Shown one piece after another: positions 39,197-47,846 of a stretch of DNA of 64,000 nucleotides. The stretch is from Candidatus Rokuibacteriota bacterium (lineage in GTDB: Bacteria > Methylomirabilota > Methylomirabilia > Rokubacteriales > CSP1-6). The stretch is from positions 39,354-103,353 of the forward strand of contig VGLJ01000008.1 in the NCBI GenBank assembly GCA_016866775.1. The letters run 5' to 3'. Both the position numbers and the translations under genes were made by a program. Positions within the stretch are counted from its first letter, which is position 1, and every line of letters begins with the position of its first letter. The notes under the pieces are model-generated. The model ran no database searches. It saw only the letters and a list, made by a program, of their open reading frames with translations, and was not told the DNA's origin.

Positions 39197-39972
39197 TGAC
39201 CGCCATGCGGGTCCTCGTCGCGCTGACGCTGGTGCTGACGGCGACGGTGACCCCGGCCGCGGCACAGGAGCTCACGCTCTCGGTGGCGATCAGCATGAAG
39301 GAGGCGGCGGACGAGGTCGGCCGGCTCTTCACGAAGGCGCATCCCGGCGTCACGCTGCGCTTCAACGTCGGCGCGTCGGGCGAGCTGCAGAAGCAGATCG
39401 AGGCGGGTGCGCCGGTGGACGTGTTCATCTCCGCGGCCGCGCGCCAGATGGACGAGCTCGAGGCGAAGCGACTGATCGTGGGACCGACCCGCCGCGCGTT
39501 CGCGCGCAACGTGCTCGTCGCGATCGCGCCCGCGGACAGCACGCACGATCTCGCGCGCGCCGCGGTGCTCGGCGAGCCGCGCGTGACACGCATCGCCATC
39601 GGCAGTCCGAAGACCGTGCCGGTCGGGCAGTACACCGAGGAGAGCCTGCGCGCGCTCGGGCTCTGGGACCGCGTGCGGTCGAAGCTCGTCTTCGCCGAGA
39701 ACGTGCGCCAGGTGCTCGAGTACGTGAACCGGGGCGAGGTCGAGGTCGGATTCGTCTACGCGACCGACGCCGCGACGCGCACGGGCCGCGTGAAGGAAGT
39801 CTTCCGCCCGGCCGAGGACACGTATCGTCCGATCGTCTACCCGGTCGCGGTGATCGCGGCCGCACGCCAGCGTGCCCTCGCCGGCGCCTTCGTCGATCTG
39901 CTCGCCGGCGCGGAAGGTCAGGCCGTGCTGCGACGTGTCGGGTTCGCGCCGGCGCCGCCGGGCTCACGGTAG
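39196..39972 (+). CDS. modA: Molybdate ABC transporter substrate-binding protein
   Basis: AISM, GASGELQKQIEAGAPVDVFISA, P.TVPVGQY, NVRQVL, GFVYATDA, IVYP. Confidence 0.93.
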   Translation: MTAMRVLVALTLVLTATVTPAAAQELTLSVAISMKEAADEVGRLFTKAHPGVTLRFNVGASGELQKQIEAGAPVDVFISAAARQMDELEAKRLIVGPTRRAFARNVLVAIAPADSTHDLARAAVLGEPRVTRIAIGSPKTVPVGQYTEESLRALGLWDRVRSKLVFAENVRQVLEYVNRGEVEVGFVYATDAATRTGRVKEVFRPAEDTYRPIVYPVAVIAAARQRALAGAFVDLLAGAEGQAVLRRVGFAPAPPGSR

Positions 39973-40017
39973 CCGCCACCGGAGCGCCTCCCGCACTTAT
40001 ATAGTGGTGGACGCCTC

Positions 40018-40683
40018 ATGACCGCGGAGAGCCTGAGCGCGCTGTCGCTGTCGATTCGCGTCGCGGTGTTCGCCACCGCGCTGAACGCGCTCATCGGCAT
40101 CCCGCTCGCGTACGTGCTCGCGAGGCGGCAATTTCTCGGCAAGACCGCCGTCGATCTCCTCGTCACGCTGCCGCTCGTGCTGCCGCCCACGGTCACCGGC
40201 TTCTACCTGATCGTGCTGCTCGGCCGCCGCGGCTGGCTCGGCGGGCCGCTCTACGAGGCGACCGGGTGGTCGATCACGTTCACGTGGTACGCCGCGGTCG
40301 TCGCGGCGACGGTGATGGCGCTGCCGCTGCTCGTCCGGACGGCGCGCGCCGCGATCGAGTCGGTCGATCGCGACCTCGAGCGCGCCGCGCACACGCTCGG
40401 CCGCTCGGAGTGGCGCGCGGCGCTCGAAGTCACGCTGCCGCTCGCGCGCAACGGCATCATCGCCGGCCTCGTGCTCGCGTTCGCTCGCGCGCTGGGCGAA
40501 TTCGGCGCCACGCTCATGCTCGCCGGCAACATCCCGGGCCGCACGGCCACGGTGCCGCTGTCGATCTACACCGCGGTGCAGACGGGCGAGAGCGGCGAGG
40601 CGCTCGGCCTGGTCGCGACCCTCACGGTGCTCTCGTGCGTGGTGCTCGTCGTCGCCGGGCGTCTCGGAGCGCGGGCGACGTGA
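40018..40683 (+). CDS. modB: Molybdate ABC transporter permease
   Basis: LPLVLPPTVTGFYL, FARALGEFGATLMLAGNIPGRT. Confidence 0.94.
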   Translation: MTAESLSALSLSIRVAVFATALNALIGIPLAYVLARRQFLGKTAVDLLVTLPLVLPPTVTGFYLIVLLGRRGWLGGPLYEATGWSITFTWYAAVVAATVMALPLLVRTARAAIESVDRDLERAAHTLGRSEWRAALEVTLPLARNGIIAGLVLAFARALGEFGATLMLAGNIPGRTATVPLSIYTAVQTGESGEALGLVATLTVLSCVVLVVAGRLGARAT

Positions 40684-41807
40684 CGGCACGTCTCGACGTC
40701 GACCTCGAGAAGCAGCTTCCCGGCTTCGATCTTCAGGTCCGCTGGACGGCGGGAGACGGCATCGCGGTGCTCTTCGGACCGTCCGGCGCCGGCAAGTCGC
40801 TGACGCTCGCCTGTCTCGCGGGTCTCGTGCGTCCCGACGCGGGGCGCATCGTCGTCGACGGTCGAGTGCTGTTCGACGCCGCGACGGGCGTCGACCTTCC
40901 GCCGCAGCGACGGCGCGTCGGCTACGTCTTCCAGGGTTACGCGCTGTTCCCGCATCTCAGCGTCGCGGACAACATCGGCTTCGGCCTGCGCGACCGGCCG
41001 CGCGCGGAGCGGACGCGGCGCGTCGCCGAGGTCGTCGAGCGCCTGGGCCTCGGCGGTCTCGAAGCGCGCCGGCCCGCGGAGCTCTCGGGCGGTCAGCGCC
41101 AGCGGGTCGCACTCGGCCGCGCGCTCGCGATCGATCCCGCGCTGCTGCTGCTCGACGAGCCGCTCTCGGCGCTCGACCTGCCGCTGCGCCGCGCGCTGCG
41201 CGACGAGCTGCGCGCCACGCTCGCGGACCTGCGCATGGCGGCGGTCGTGGTGACGCACGACTTCACGGAAGCGTATCGCCTCGGCGACCGCATCGTCGTG
41301 TACGACCGCGGCCGCGTGGTGCAGACGGCGCCGCGCTCGGAGCTCTTGTGGCAGCCCGCGTCGGAAGCGGTCGCGCGCATCATGGCGATCCCGAACGTGC
41401 TGCGCGGCACGGTCGTGAAGGCGACGCCGGATCGCATCCAGCTCCGGTGGCGCGGCCAGCTCCTCGAAGCGGTGAACTCACCGGCGCGCGCGTACCTGCC
41501 GGCGCCCGACACGCCGCTCGCGTTCTTCATCCGCCCCGAGTACGTGCGCCTGATCCGGAAGGATCGCGGGCTCGCCGACCCGTCCCACCACATGAACGTG
41601 ATGCACGGCACGGTCGTGGAGGAAGCGGACTTCGGCACCACGTGGCTGCTGCGCCTCCGCCTCGACGAGCCCGGCGCGCCGGCGCAAGGCGCGTACGACC
41701 TCGAGGTCGAAGTGCCGCACCTCGTGTACGAGATCCTCGAGATCGACCGCGACCGGCACTGGGAGTTTTCCATCCACCGCGGCTCGATCCACGTGCTGCC
41801 CGGCTAG
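40680..41807 (+). CDS. modC: Molybdate ABC transporter ATP-binding protein
   Basis: FGPSGAGKS, GYVFQGYALFPH, LSGGQRQRVALGRAL, DEPLSALD. Confidence 0.88.
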   Translation: MTARLDVDLEKQLPGFDLQVRWTAGDGIAVLFGPSGAGKSLTLACLAGLVRPDAGRIVVDGRVLFDAATGVDLPPQRRRVGYVFQGYALFPHLSVADNIGFGLRDRPRAERTRRVAEVVERLGLGGLEARRPAELSGGQRQRVALGRALAIDPALLLLDEPLSALDLPLRRALRDELRATLADLRMAAVVVTHDFTEAYRLGDRIVVYDRGRVVQTAPRSELLWQPASEAVARIMAIPNVLRGTVVKATPDRIQLRWRGQLLEAVNSPARAYLPAPDTPLAFFIRPEYVRLIRKDRGLADPSHHMNVMHGTVVEEADFGTTWLLRLRLDEPGAPAQGAYDLEVEVPHLVYEILEIDRDRHWEFSIHRGSIHVLPG

Positions 41808-41820
41808 GTATACTCCCGCC

Positions 41821-42708
41821 ATGGCCGACGAGATCCATATCCAGTTCACCCGCTTCTCCGCGTTCTACTCGCCGCTCATCGCCACCATCGCCGGCGGGTT
41901 CCTGCAGGAAGAGGGCTTCGCGCCGAGGCACTCCGTCGCCCCGCCCGGGAAGTCCGCGATCGATGGCGTGGTGAACGGCACCGTGCACGTCTGCCAGTCC
42001 GCGCCGTCCCAGGGCTTCGGCCCGCTGGAGAAGGGGCAGAAGCCGCCGGTCGTGCACTTCGCGCAGATCAACGAGACGGACGGGTTCTTCCTCACGGGGC
42101 GCGCGCCGGATCCCTCGTTCACGTGGGGCACGCTGCGCGGCAAGCGCGTCCTCGTCGACCACGGCGGCCAGCCGCTCGTGATGTTCAAGTACGCGTGTCA
42201 CCGGCGCGGCCTCGACTTCGGCGCGGTCGCCGCCGTGAACGTGCCGAGCGCCGCGATGGACGAGGCGTTCCGCAAGGGCGAGGGCGACTACATCCACCAG
42301 CAGGGCCCGGCGCCGCAGCAGCTCGAGCACGACCGCGCCGGGCACATCGTCGCGTCGGTGGGCCAGGCGATCGGCCCCTGCGCGTTCTCGAGCCTGGCGA
42401 CGACGCGCGAGTGGCTGAAGACCGACGCGGCGAAGCGCTTCACGCGCGCCTATCGCAGGGCGCGCGCGTGGCTGCTCGCGACGCCCGCGGCGGAAGTCGC
42501 GGCGAAGGAGGCGTCGTTCTTCCCGGAGATCGACCGCGCGGTGCTGACGGCGACGATCGCGTACTACCAGAAGCTCGGGTGCTGGACGCCGCACGTCGAG
42601 ATCACGCGCCCGGCGTTCGAGGCGACGCTCGACATCTTCCAGCATGCCGGCCGGATCACGAAGCGCCACGCGTACGACGACGTGGTCGCCGCGCCGCCGG
42701 CGGCCTGA
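41821..42708 (+). CDS. NMT1/SsuA-like ABC substrate-binding protein (no signal peptide)
   Basis: FYSPLIA..GGFL.EEG and DGFFL.GR...F.W..L.GK pattern. Confidence 0.6.
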   Translation: MADEIHIQFTRFSAFYSPLIATIAGGFLQEEGFAPRHSVAPPGKSAIDGVVNGTVHVCQSAPSQGFGPLEKGQKPPVVHFAQINETDGFFLTGRAPDPSFTWGTLRGKRVLVDHGGQPLVMFKYACHRRGLDFGAVAAVNVPSAAMDEAFRKGEGDYIHQQGPAPQQLEHDRAGHIVASVGQAIGPCAFSSLATTREWLKTDAAKRFTRAYRRARAWLLATPAAEVAAKEASFFPEIDRAVLTATIAYYQKLGCWTPHVEITRPAFEATLDIFQHAGRITKRHAYDDVVAAPPAA

Positions 42709-42717
42709 ACGGCGCGC

Positions 42718-43707
42718 ATGAAGGTCGGCGTCCTGCAGTTCTTCTCGTGGTCGCGGCGGATTCCGCTGACGACCGTGTACGAGCGCGCGTTCTCGCGGAT
42801 CGAGATCATGGACCAGACCGGCTACGACTGCGTCTGGCTCGCGGAGCACCACTTCAGCACGTACAGCGTGTGCCCCTCGATCAACGTGATGGCCACCCAC
42901 GTCGCCGCGCGGACGCGGCACCTCCGGATCGGGATGGCCGTCTCGCTCGCCGCGTTTTACAACCCGCTCCGCCTCGCCGAGGAAGTCGCGCTGGTCGACG
43001 TACTGTCGGGCGGCCGCGTGAACTGGGGCGCGGGCCGCGGCTTCGATCGCCAGGAGTTCCAGGCGCTCGGCGTGCCGCCCGAGGAGAGCTCCGACCGCTT
43101 CCGCGAGTGCGTCGAGATCGTGCTGGCCGCGTGGCGCAACGAGCGCGTGAGCTTCGAGGGAAAGTTCTGGCGCTACGACGGTGTCGAGGTGCTGCCCAAG
43201 CCGCTGCAGGCGCCGCATCCCCCGGTCTGGCTCGCGGCGACGTCACTGGACTCGATCCGGCGCGCGGCCGAGAAAGGCTTCGACATCCTCCAGGATCCGC
43301 ACGCGAGCCACGCGATGATCGGCGAGAAGCGCGCGCTGTACTACGAGACGCTCCGCGCGCACGGCTTCCCGACCGAGGGCCGCGTGATCCCGACCGCTCG
43401 CCTGCTCGCCGTGGGCGACAGCGACGAGGAAGCGCGCGAGGTCGCGCGGGCCGGGGCCTCGTGGACCGTGGGCGCCTACGCGAATCCGAGCACGCGTACG
43501 GGCCCGCCCGCGCCGCACCACCTCGTGCCCGGCGATCCGGTCGAGCGCTACATGAACGACGTCATCATCCACGGCACGCCCGACCGCGTGCTCGACACCA
43601 TCGCCGAGCTCCGCGAGACGATCGGCCTCGACTACCTGATGTGCGCGCCGCTGAGTCACAAGAGCTTCATGCTGTTCACGGACAAGGTCCTGCCGAAGCT
43701 CATCTAA
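42718..43707 (+). CDS. LLM-class flavin-dependent oxidoreductase
   Basis: WLAEHHF, NPLRLAEE..D.LSGGR, GRG, PKPLQAPHPPVW, GTPD. Confidence 0.92.
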   Translation: MKVGVLQFFSWSRRIPLTTVYERAFSRIEIMDQTGYDCVWLAEHHFSTYSVCPSINVMATHVAARTRHLRIGMAVSLAAFYNPLRLAEEVALVDVLSGGRVNWGAGRGFDRQEFQALGVPPEESSDRFRECVEIVLAAWRNERVSFEGKFWRYDGVEVLPKPLQAPHPPVWLAATSLDSIRRAAEKGFDILQDPHASHAMIGEKRALYYETLRAHGFPTEGRVIPTARLLAVGDSDEEAREVARAGASWTVGAYANPSTRTGPPAPHHLVPGDPVERYMNDVIIHGTPDRVLDTIAELRETIGLDYLMCAPLSHKSFMLFTDKVLPKLI

Positions 43708-43718
43708 GGAGAACACCC

Positions 43719-44600
43719 GTGCGACGATTCGAGATGATCCTGCCAAGCAGTGTCGACGAGTGCGTGAAGGCGCTCGCCACGCACGGCGCCGGCGCCAAGA
43801 CGGTGGCCGGAGGCACCGACCTCCTGCCCCAGATGAAGAACGGGCTCGTGAAGCCCGCGGTCGTGGTCGACCTCGGCGGGATCGCCGCGCTCAAGGGCGT
43901 GACCAACGGCGCGGGGCTCCGTGTCGGCGCCTGCGCCACCGCGCGGGAGCTCGAGCTGCATCCGGAGGTCCGGAAGCGCTACACCGCGCTGGCGGACGGC
44001 GCCGCGCTCGTCGGCTCCGTGCAGGTGCGCAACCTCGCCACCGTCGGCGGCAACCTCTGCAACGCCGCGCCGTCGGCCGACATGGCGCCGCCGCTCATGG
44101 CGCTCGAAGCCGAGGCGGTGATCGCGGGCCCGAAGGGCGAGCGGCGCGTGCCGCTGAGCGCGTTCTTCACGGGCGTCCGCCAGACCGTGCTCGGCGCGGA
44201 CGAGCTGCTCGTCGCGCTCGTGATGCCCGCGCCGCCCGTCCCGCCGGAGGCGGGCCTGTATGTCAGCGGCGGCTCGTACATCCGCCACACGCCGCGGCGC
44301 GAGCTCGACATCGCCGTGGTCGGCGTCGCCTCGCAGGTGACCGTGCAGAACGGCCGCTGCGTGAAGGCGCGCATCGCGCTGGCGTCCGTCGCGCCGACGC
44401 CCGTGCACGCCACGGCCGCGGAGCGCGCGCTCGAAGGCCAGCCGCTCACGCCCGAGCGCATCGAGCAGGCCGCCGGTCTCGCCGTCGAGGCCGCGAAGCC
44501 GATCAGCGACCAGCGAGGCTCCGCCGACTTTCGGAGACACCTCGTGCGTGTCCTCACCCGTCGAACCCTCACCGCCGCGCTCGCGCGCGCGCGCGCATAG
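43719..44600 (+). CDS. Xanthine dehydrogenase family FAD-binding subunit (CoxM-like)
   Basis: AGGTDLL, GSVQVRNLATVGGNLCNAAPSAD, PISDQRGSADFR. Confidence 0.92.
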   Translation: MRRFEMILPSSVDECVKALATHGAGAKTVAGGTDLLPQMKNGLVKPAVVVDLGGIAALKGVTNGAGLRVGACATARELELHPEVRKRYTALADGAALVGSVQVRNLATVGGNLCNAAPSADMAPPLMALEAEAVIAGPKGERRVPLSAFFTGVRQTVLGADELLVALVMPAPPVPPEAGLYVSGGSYIRHTPRRELDIAVVGVASQVTVQNGRCVKARIALASVAPTPVHATAAERALEGQPLTPERIEQAAGLAVEAAKPISDQRGSADFRRHLVRVLTRRTLTAALARARA

Positions 44601-44613
44601 TCCGGAGGCCATC

Positions 44614-45099
44614 GTGCCGAAGCAGATCCTCAGCTTCACCGTGAACGGCGACAAGGTGGACCTCCTCGTTCCGCCCTACGTCACGCTGCTCGACGCGCTT
44701 CGCGACGAGGCGGGCCTCACCGGGCCGAAGGAAGGCTGCGGCACGGGCGACTGTGGTGCCTGCACCGTGCACCTCGACGGCAAGCCCGTGGCGAGCTGTC
44801 TCGTGCTGGCGCTGCAGGCGCGCGGGCGCTCGGTGCGGACGATCGAGGGGCTCGGCACGGCGACCGCGCTGCATCCGCTGCAGGACGCGTTCGTCCGCCA
44901 CGGCGTGCCGCAGTGCGGGTTCTGCATCCCGGGCGTGCTGATGGCCGCGGCCGCGCTGCTCGAGGAGCATGCCGCGCCGACCGAGGAGCAGATCCGCTAC
45001 GGCATCGCCGGCAACCTCTGCCGCTGCACGGGCTACACGAAAATGGTCGCGGCGATCACGGAAGCCGCGGGAATGATCAAGAAGGGAGCTGCGCGATGA
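44614..45099 (+). CDS. Xanthine dehydrogenase family 2Fe-2S subunit (CoxS-like)
   Basis: GPKEGCGTGDCGACTV, QCGFCIPG, GNLCRCTGY. Confidence 0.94.
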   Translation: MPKQILSFTVNGDKVDLLVPPYVTLLDALRDEAGLTGPKEGCGTGDCGACTVHLDGKPVASCLVLALQARGRSVRTIEGLGTATALHPLQDAFVRHGVPQCGFCIPGVLMAAAALLEEHAAPTEEQIRYGIAGNLCRCTGYTKMVAAITEAAGMIKKGAAR

Positions 45100-47408
45100 G
45101 CGTGATGAAGACCACGCGTGACGTCAAGGGAGTCGGCCTCTCGATCCCGCGCCCCGACGGGCCCGACAAGGTGACGGGCAAGGTCCAGTACGTCGCCGAC
45201 ATCACGCCGCGCGGCCTGCTCCACGCCAAGCTCCTGCGCAGCCCGCACGCGCACGCGAAGATCGTGCGGATCGACGTGAGCAAGGCGCGCGCGCTGCCCG
45301 GCGTCCGCGCCGTCCTGACCGCCGCCGACATTCCCGAGCTCAAGGGGAAGCCGGCCTCGCGTGCGCATGCCGTGCTCGCCATCGACCGTGTCGTCTTCGC
45401 CGGCCAGCCGGTCGCGGCGGTGGCCGCCGACGAGGTCGCGATCGCCGAAGAAGCGCTCGATCTCATCGACGTGCAGTACGAAGTCCTGCCGGCCTCGGTC
45501 GATCCGCTGCAGGCGATGAAGCCCGGCGCGCCGCCGGTCGCCGAGCTCGGCACGGAAGCCGACCTCAGCGAAGCGATGGCGCACTCGGCCGTCGCGATGG
45601 CGAAGGGCGAGACGCCGACCAAGGCCGTGAACGTCAGCCAGACGGCGCACGTGAAGCGCGGCGACGTCGCGAAAGGCTTCGCGGAGTCCGACGTCGTCCT
45701 GGAACACACCTACCGCGTGCCGATGGTCCATCAGGGCTACATCGAGCCGCACGCGGTGCTCGCCGAATGGGACCGCTCGGGCAACCTCACGTTGTGGGCG
45801 AGCACGCAGGGCTCGTTCAACACACGCAGCGAAGTGGCGGACGTGCTCGGCCTCGAGGAGAACCGCATCAAGGTGATCCCCGTCGAGTGCGGCGGCGGCT
45901 TCGGCGGCAAGATCCGCGCGCTGTGCGAGCCGATCACCGCGATCCTCGCGCGCGTCACCGCGCGGCCCGTGCGCTACGTGATGACGCGGCGGGAAGAGCT
46001 CGAGGCGGGCATGCCCGCGCCGCAGGTCATCATCCGTCTCAAGACCGGCGTGAAGAAGGACGGCACGCTCATGGCGCTCGAGGGCGAGACCGTGCTCGAG
46101 TCCGGCGCGTTCTCCGGCACCGTGCTCGCCGTGAGCGCGGTGTTCCTCGGCAGCCTCTACAAGTGGCCCGCGTTCGACATCAAGGGCTCCGAGGTGCTCA
46201 CGCACAAGCCGAGCGTCGCGGCGTATCGCGCGCCGGTGGCGCCGCAGAGCATCTTCGCGATCGACTCGCAGATGGACGCGCTCGCGCGCGCGCTGAACAT
46301 CGATCCGGTCGCATTCCGCGCGCGCCATCTCTCGAAGCCCGGCGATCCCATGGCCAACAACCAGCCGTGGGCGAGCATGGGCGCGCCCGAGGTGCTGCAG
46401 AAGGCCGGCGCGCATCGCGTGTGGAAGGAGCGCGAGGCGTGGAAGAAGGGTGCGAAGCCCGGCACCCTCCGCGGCGTCGGCCTCTCGCTCGGCGGCTGGC
46501 TCGGCGGTCTGCAGCCCACCGGCGCGAGCGTGAAGCTGAATCCCGACGGCACGCTGAGCGTGCTCACGGGCCAGGTGGACATCGCGGGGACGAACATCGC
46601 GCTCGCGCAGATCGCGGCCACCGCGTACGGCGTCGACATCGACAAGGTGAAGATCACCACGGGCGATACGGACGTCGCGCCGGTCACCGGTCTCAGCGCC
46701 GGAAGCAAGACCGTCTATACCGTCGGCGTGGCGGTGCTGCAGGCCGCGCAGGCGGCGCGCAAGCAGACGTTCGAGATCGCCGCGGCGGAGCTCGAAGCGG
46801 CGGTCGACGACCTCGAGCTGGTCGACGGCAAGATCGTCGTGCGCGGCGTGCCGGGAAAGGGCGTCACGCTCCAGTCGATCGGCAAGAAGGGCAACCTCTA
46901 CATGTCGAAGGTCGAGCCCGTGATCGCCTCGTCGCATCCCGCCTTCAGCCAGCAGGCGCCGGCGTTCGCGTCGCAGATCGCGCGCATCGAGCTCGATCCC
47001 GACACGGGCGAGGTGACGCTGAAGGACTTCGTGATCGTCCAGGACGTCGGCAAGGCGATCAACCCGCTCGCCGTCGAAGGGCAGATGCAGGGCGGCGCGG
47101 TGCAGAGCCTCGGCATGGCGCTCACCGAAGGGCTCGTGTACGACGACCAGGGGCGGCTCACCAACCCGAGCCTGCTCGACTATCGCAAGCTGACCGCGGC
47201 CGATCTGCCGAACCTCGAGACCGTGATCGTCGAGGTGCCGTCGCCCGCCGGACCGTTCGGCGCGCGCGGCGTCGGCGAGCCGCCGATCATCCCGGCGCCG
47301 GCCGCGATCGCCAACGCGATCGCCGACGCGACGGGAGTCCGGCTCACCGAGGCGCCGCTCACGCCCGAGCGGATCGCGCTGGCGCTCGCGCGCCGCGGCG
47401 CCGGGTAG
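45096..47408 (+). CDS. Xanthine dehydrogenase family molybdopterin-binding subunit (not a CO dehydrogenase)
   Basis: KVTG, LRSPHAHA, GGGFGGK, AYRAP, DVGKAINP, EGQMQGG, GARGVGEP. Confidence 0.93.
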   Translation: MSVMKTTRDVKGVGLSIPRPDGPDKVTGKVQYVADITPRGLLHAKLLRSPHAHAKIVRIDVSKARALPGVRAVLTAADIPELKGKPASRAHAVLAIDRVVFAGQPVAAVAADEVAIAEEALDLIDVQYEVLPASVDPLQAMKPGAPPVAELGTEADLSEAMAHSAVAMAKGETPTKAVNVSQTAHVKRGDVAKGFAESDVVLEHTYRVPMVHQGYIEPHAVLAEWDRSGNLTLWASTQGSFNTRSEVADVLGLEENRIKVIPVECGGGFGGKIRALCEPITAILARVTARPVRYVMTRREELEAGMPAPQVIIRLKTGVKKDGTLMALEGETVLESGAFSGTVLAVSAVFLGSLYKWPAFDIKGSEVLTHKPSVAAYRAPVAPQSIFAIDSQMDALARALNIDPVAFRARHLSKPGDPMANNQPWASMGAPEVLQKAGAHRVWKEREAWKKGAKPGTLRGVGLSLGGWLGGLQPTGASVKLNPDGTLSVLTGQVDIAGTNIALAQIAATAYGVDIDKVKITTGDTDVAPVTGLSAGSKTVYTVGVAVLQAAQAARKQTFEIAAAELEAAVDDLELVDGKIVVRGVPGKGVTLQSIGKKGNLYMSKVEPVIASSHPAFSQQAPAFASQIARIELDPDTGEVTLKDFVIVQDVGKAINPLAVEGQMQGGAVQSLGMALTEGLVYDDQGRLTNPSLLDYRKLTAADLPNLETVIVEVPSPAGPFGARGVGEPPIIPAPAAIANAIADATGVRLTEAPLTPERIALALARRGAG

Positions 47409-47411
47409 GAC

Positions 47412-47846
47412 ATGTCGGAGAAACGGCACTCGCCGAGGGGGTGGGGGGTGCCGAGGGGGTGGGGGGTGCGTCTCGCACCCCCCATGTGGTTCAAAGTGCG
47501 CGCCTGGATCACCTTCGGCGACGACGTCAAGTTCGGCGACGGCCGGGCGCGGCTGCTGGAGCTGATCGAGACGCGCGGCGCGCTCAACAAGGCGGCGGAC
47601 GAGCTCGAGATGTCGTACCGCAACGCCTGGGGCTACCTGCAGGAGCTCGAGCGCGCCGCCGGCTTCAAGTTCGTCGAGCGCGCGCCGGGACGCGGGCCGC
47701 AGAGCGGCATGCGCCTGACGGCGCGCGGCAAGCGCTTCGTCGAGCGTTACCGGAAATTCCGGGTGGCGCTCGAAGCCACCGTCGACCGGCAGTTCACGAA
47801 GGTGTTCCTGCGCGCGCCACGGAGGCGCCGATCGTTCTCCGCCTGA
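47412..47846 (+). CDS. modE: ModE-family winged-helix regulator (N-terminal domain only); alternative start at ATG 47484
   Basis: FGDGRARLLELIETRGALNKAADELEMSYRNAWGYL...GRG..SG.RLT. Confidence 0.82.
   Translation: MSEKRHSPRGWGVPRGWGVRLAPPMWFKVRAWITFGDDVKFGDGRARLLELIETRGALNKAADELEMSYRNAWGYLQELERAAGFKFVERAPGRGPQSGMRLTARGKRFVERYRKFRVALEATVDRQFTKVFLRAPRRRRSFSA
47432..47484. repeat. 18-bp tandem duplication plus G6/C6 hairpin at the 5' end of modE
   Basis: gccgagggggtggggggt x2 (47432-47467); tggggggtgcg-tct-cgcacccccca (47460-47484). Confidence 0.85.

Noticed and set aside
39995-40006. cacttatatagtg upstream of modB as a ModE box
   Set aside because: Only one TATATA half-site; it is equally explained as a -10 element.
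43719-47408. Aerobic CO dehydrogenase (coxMSL)
   Set aside because: The active-site loop is AYRAP rather than AYxCSFR, and there are no coxDEFG accessory genes.
47432-47467. Possible CRISPR repeat
   Set aside because: Only two adjacent 18-bp copies, with no spacers and no cas genes.
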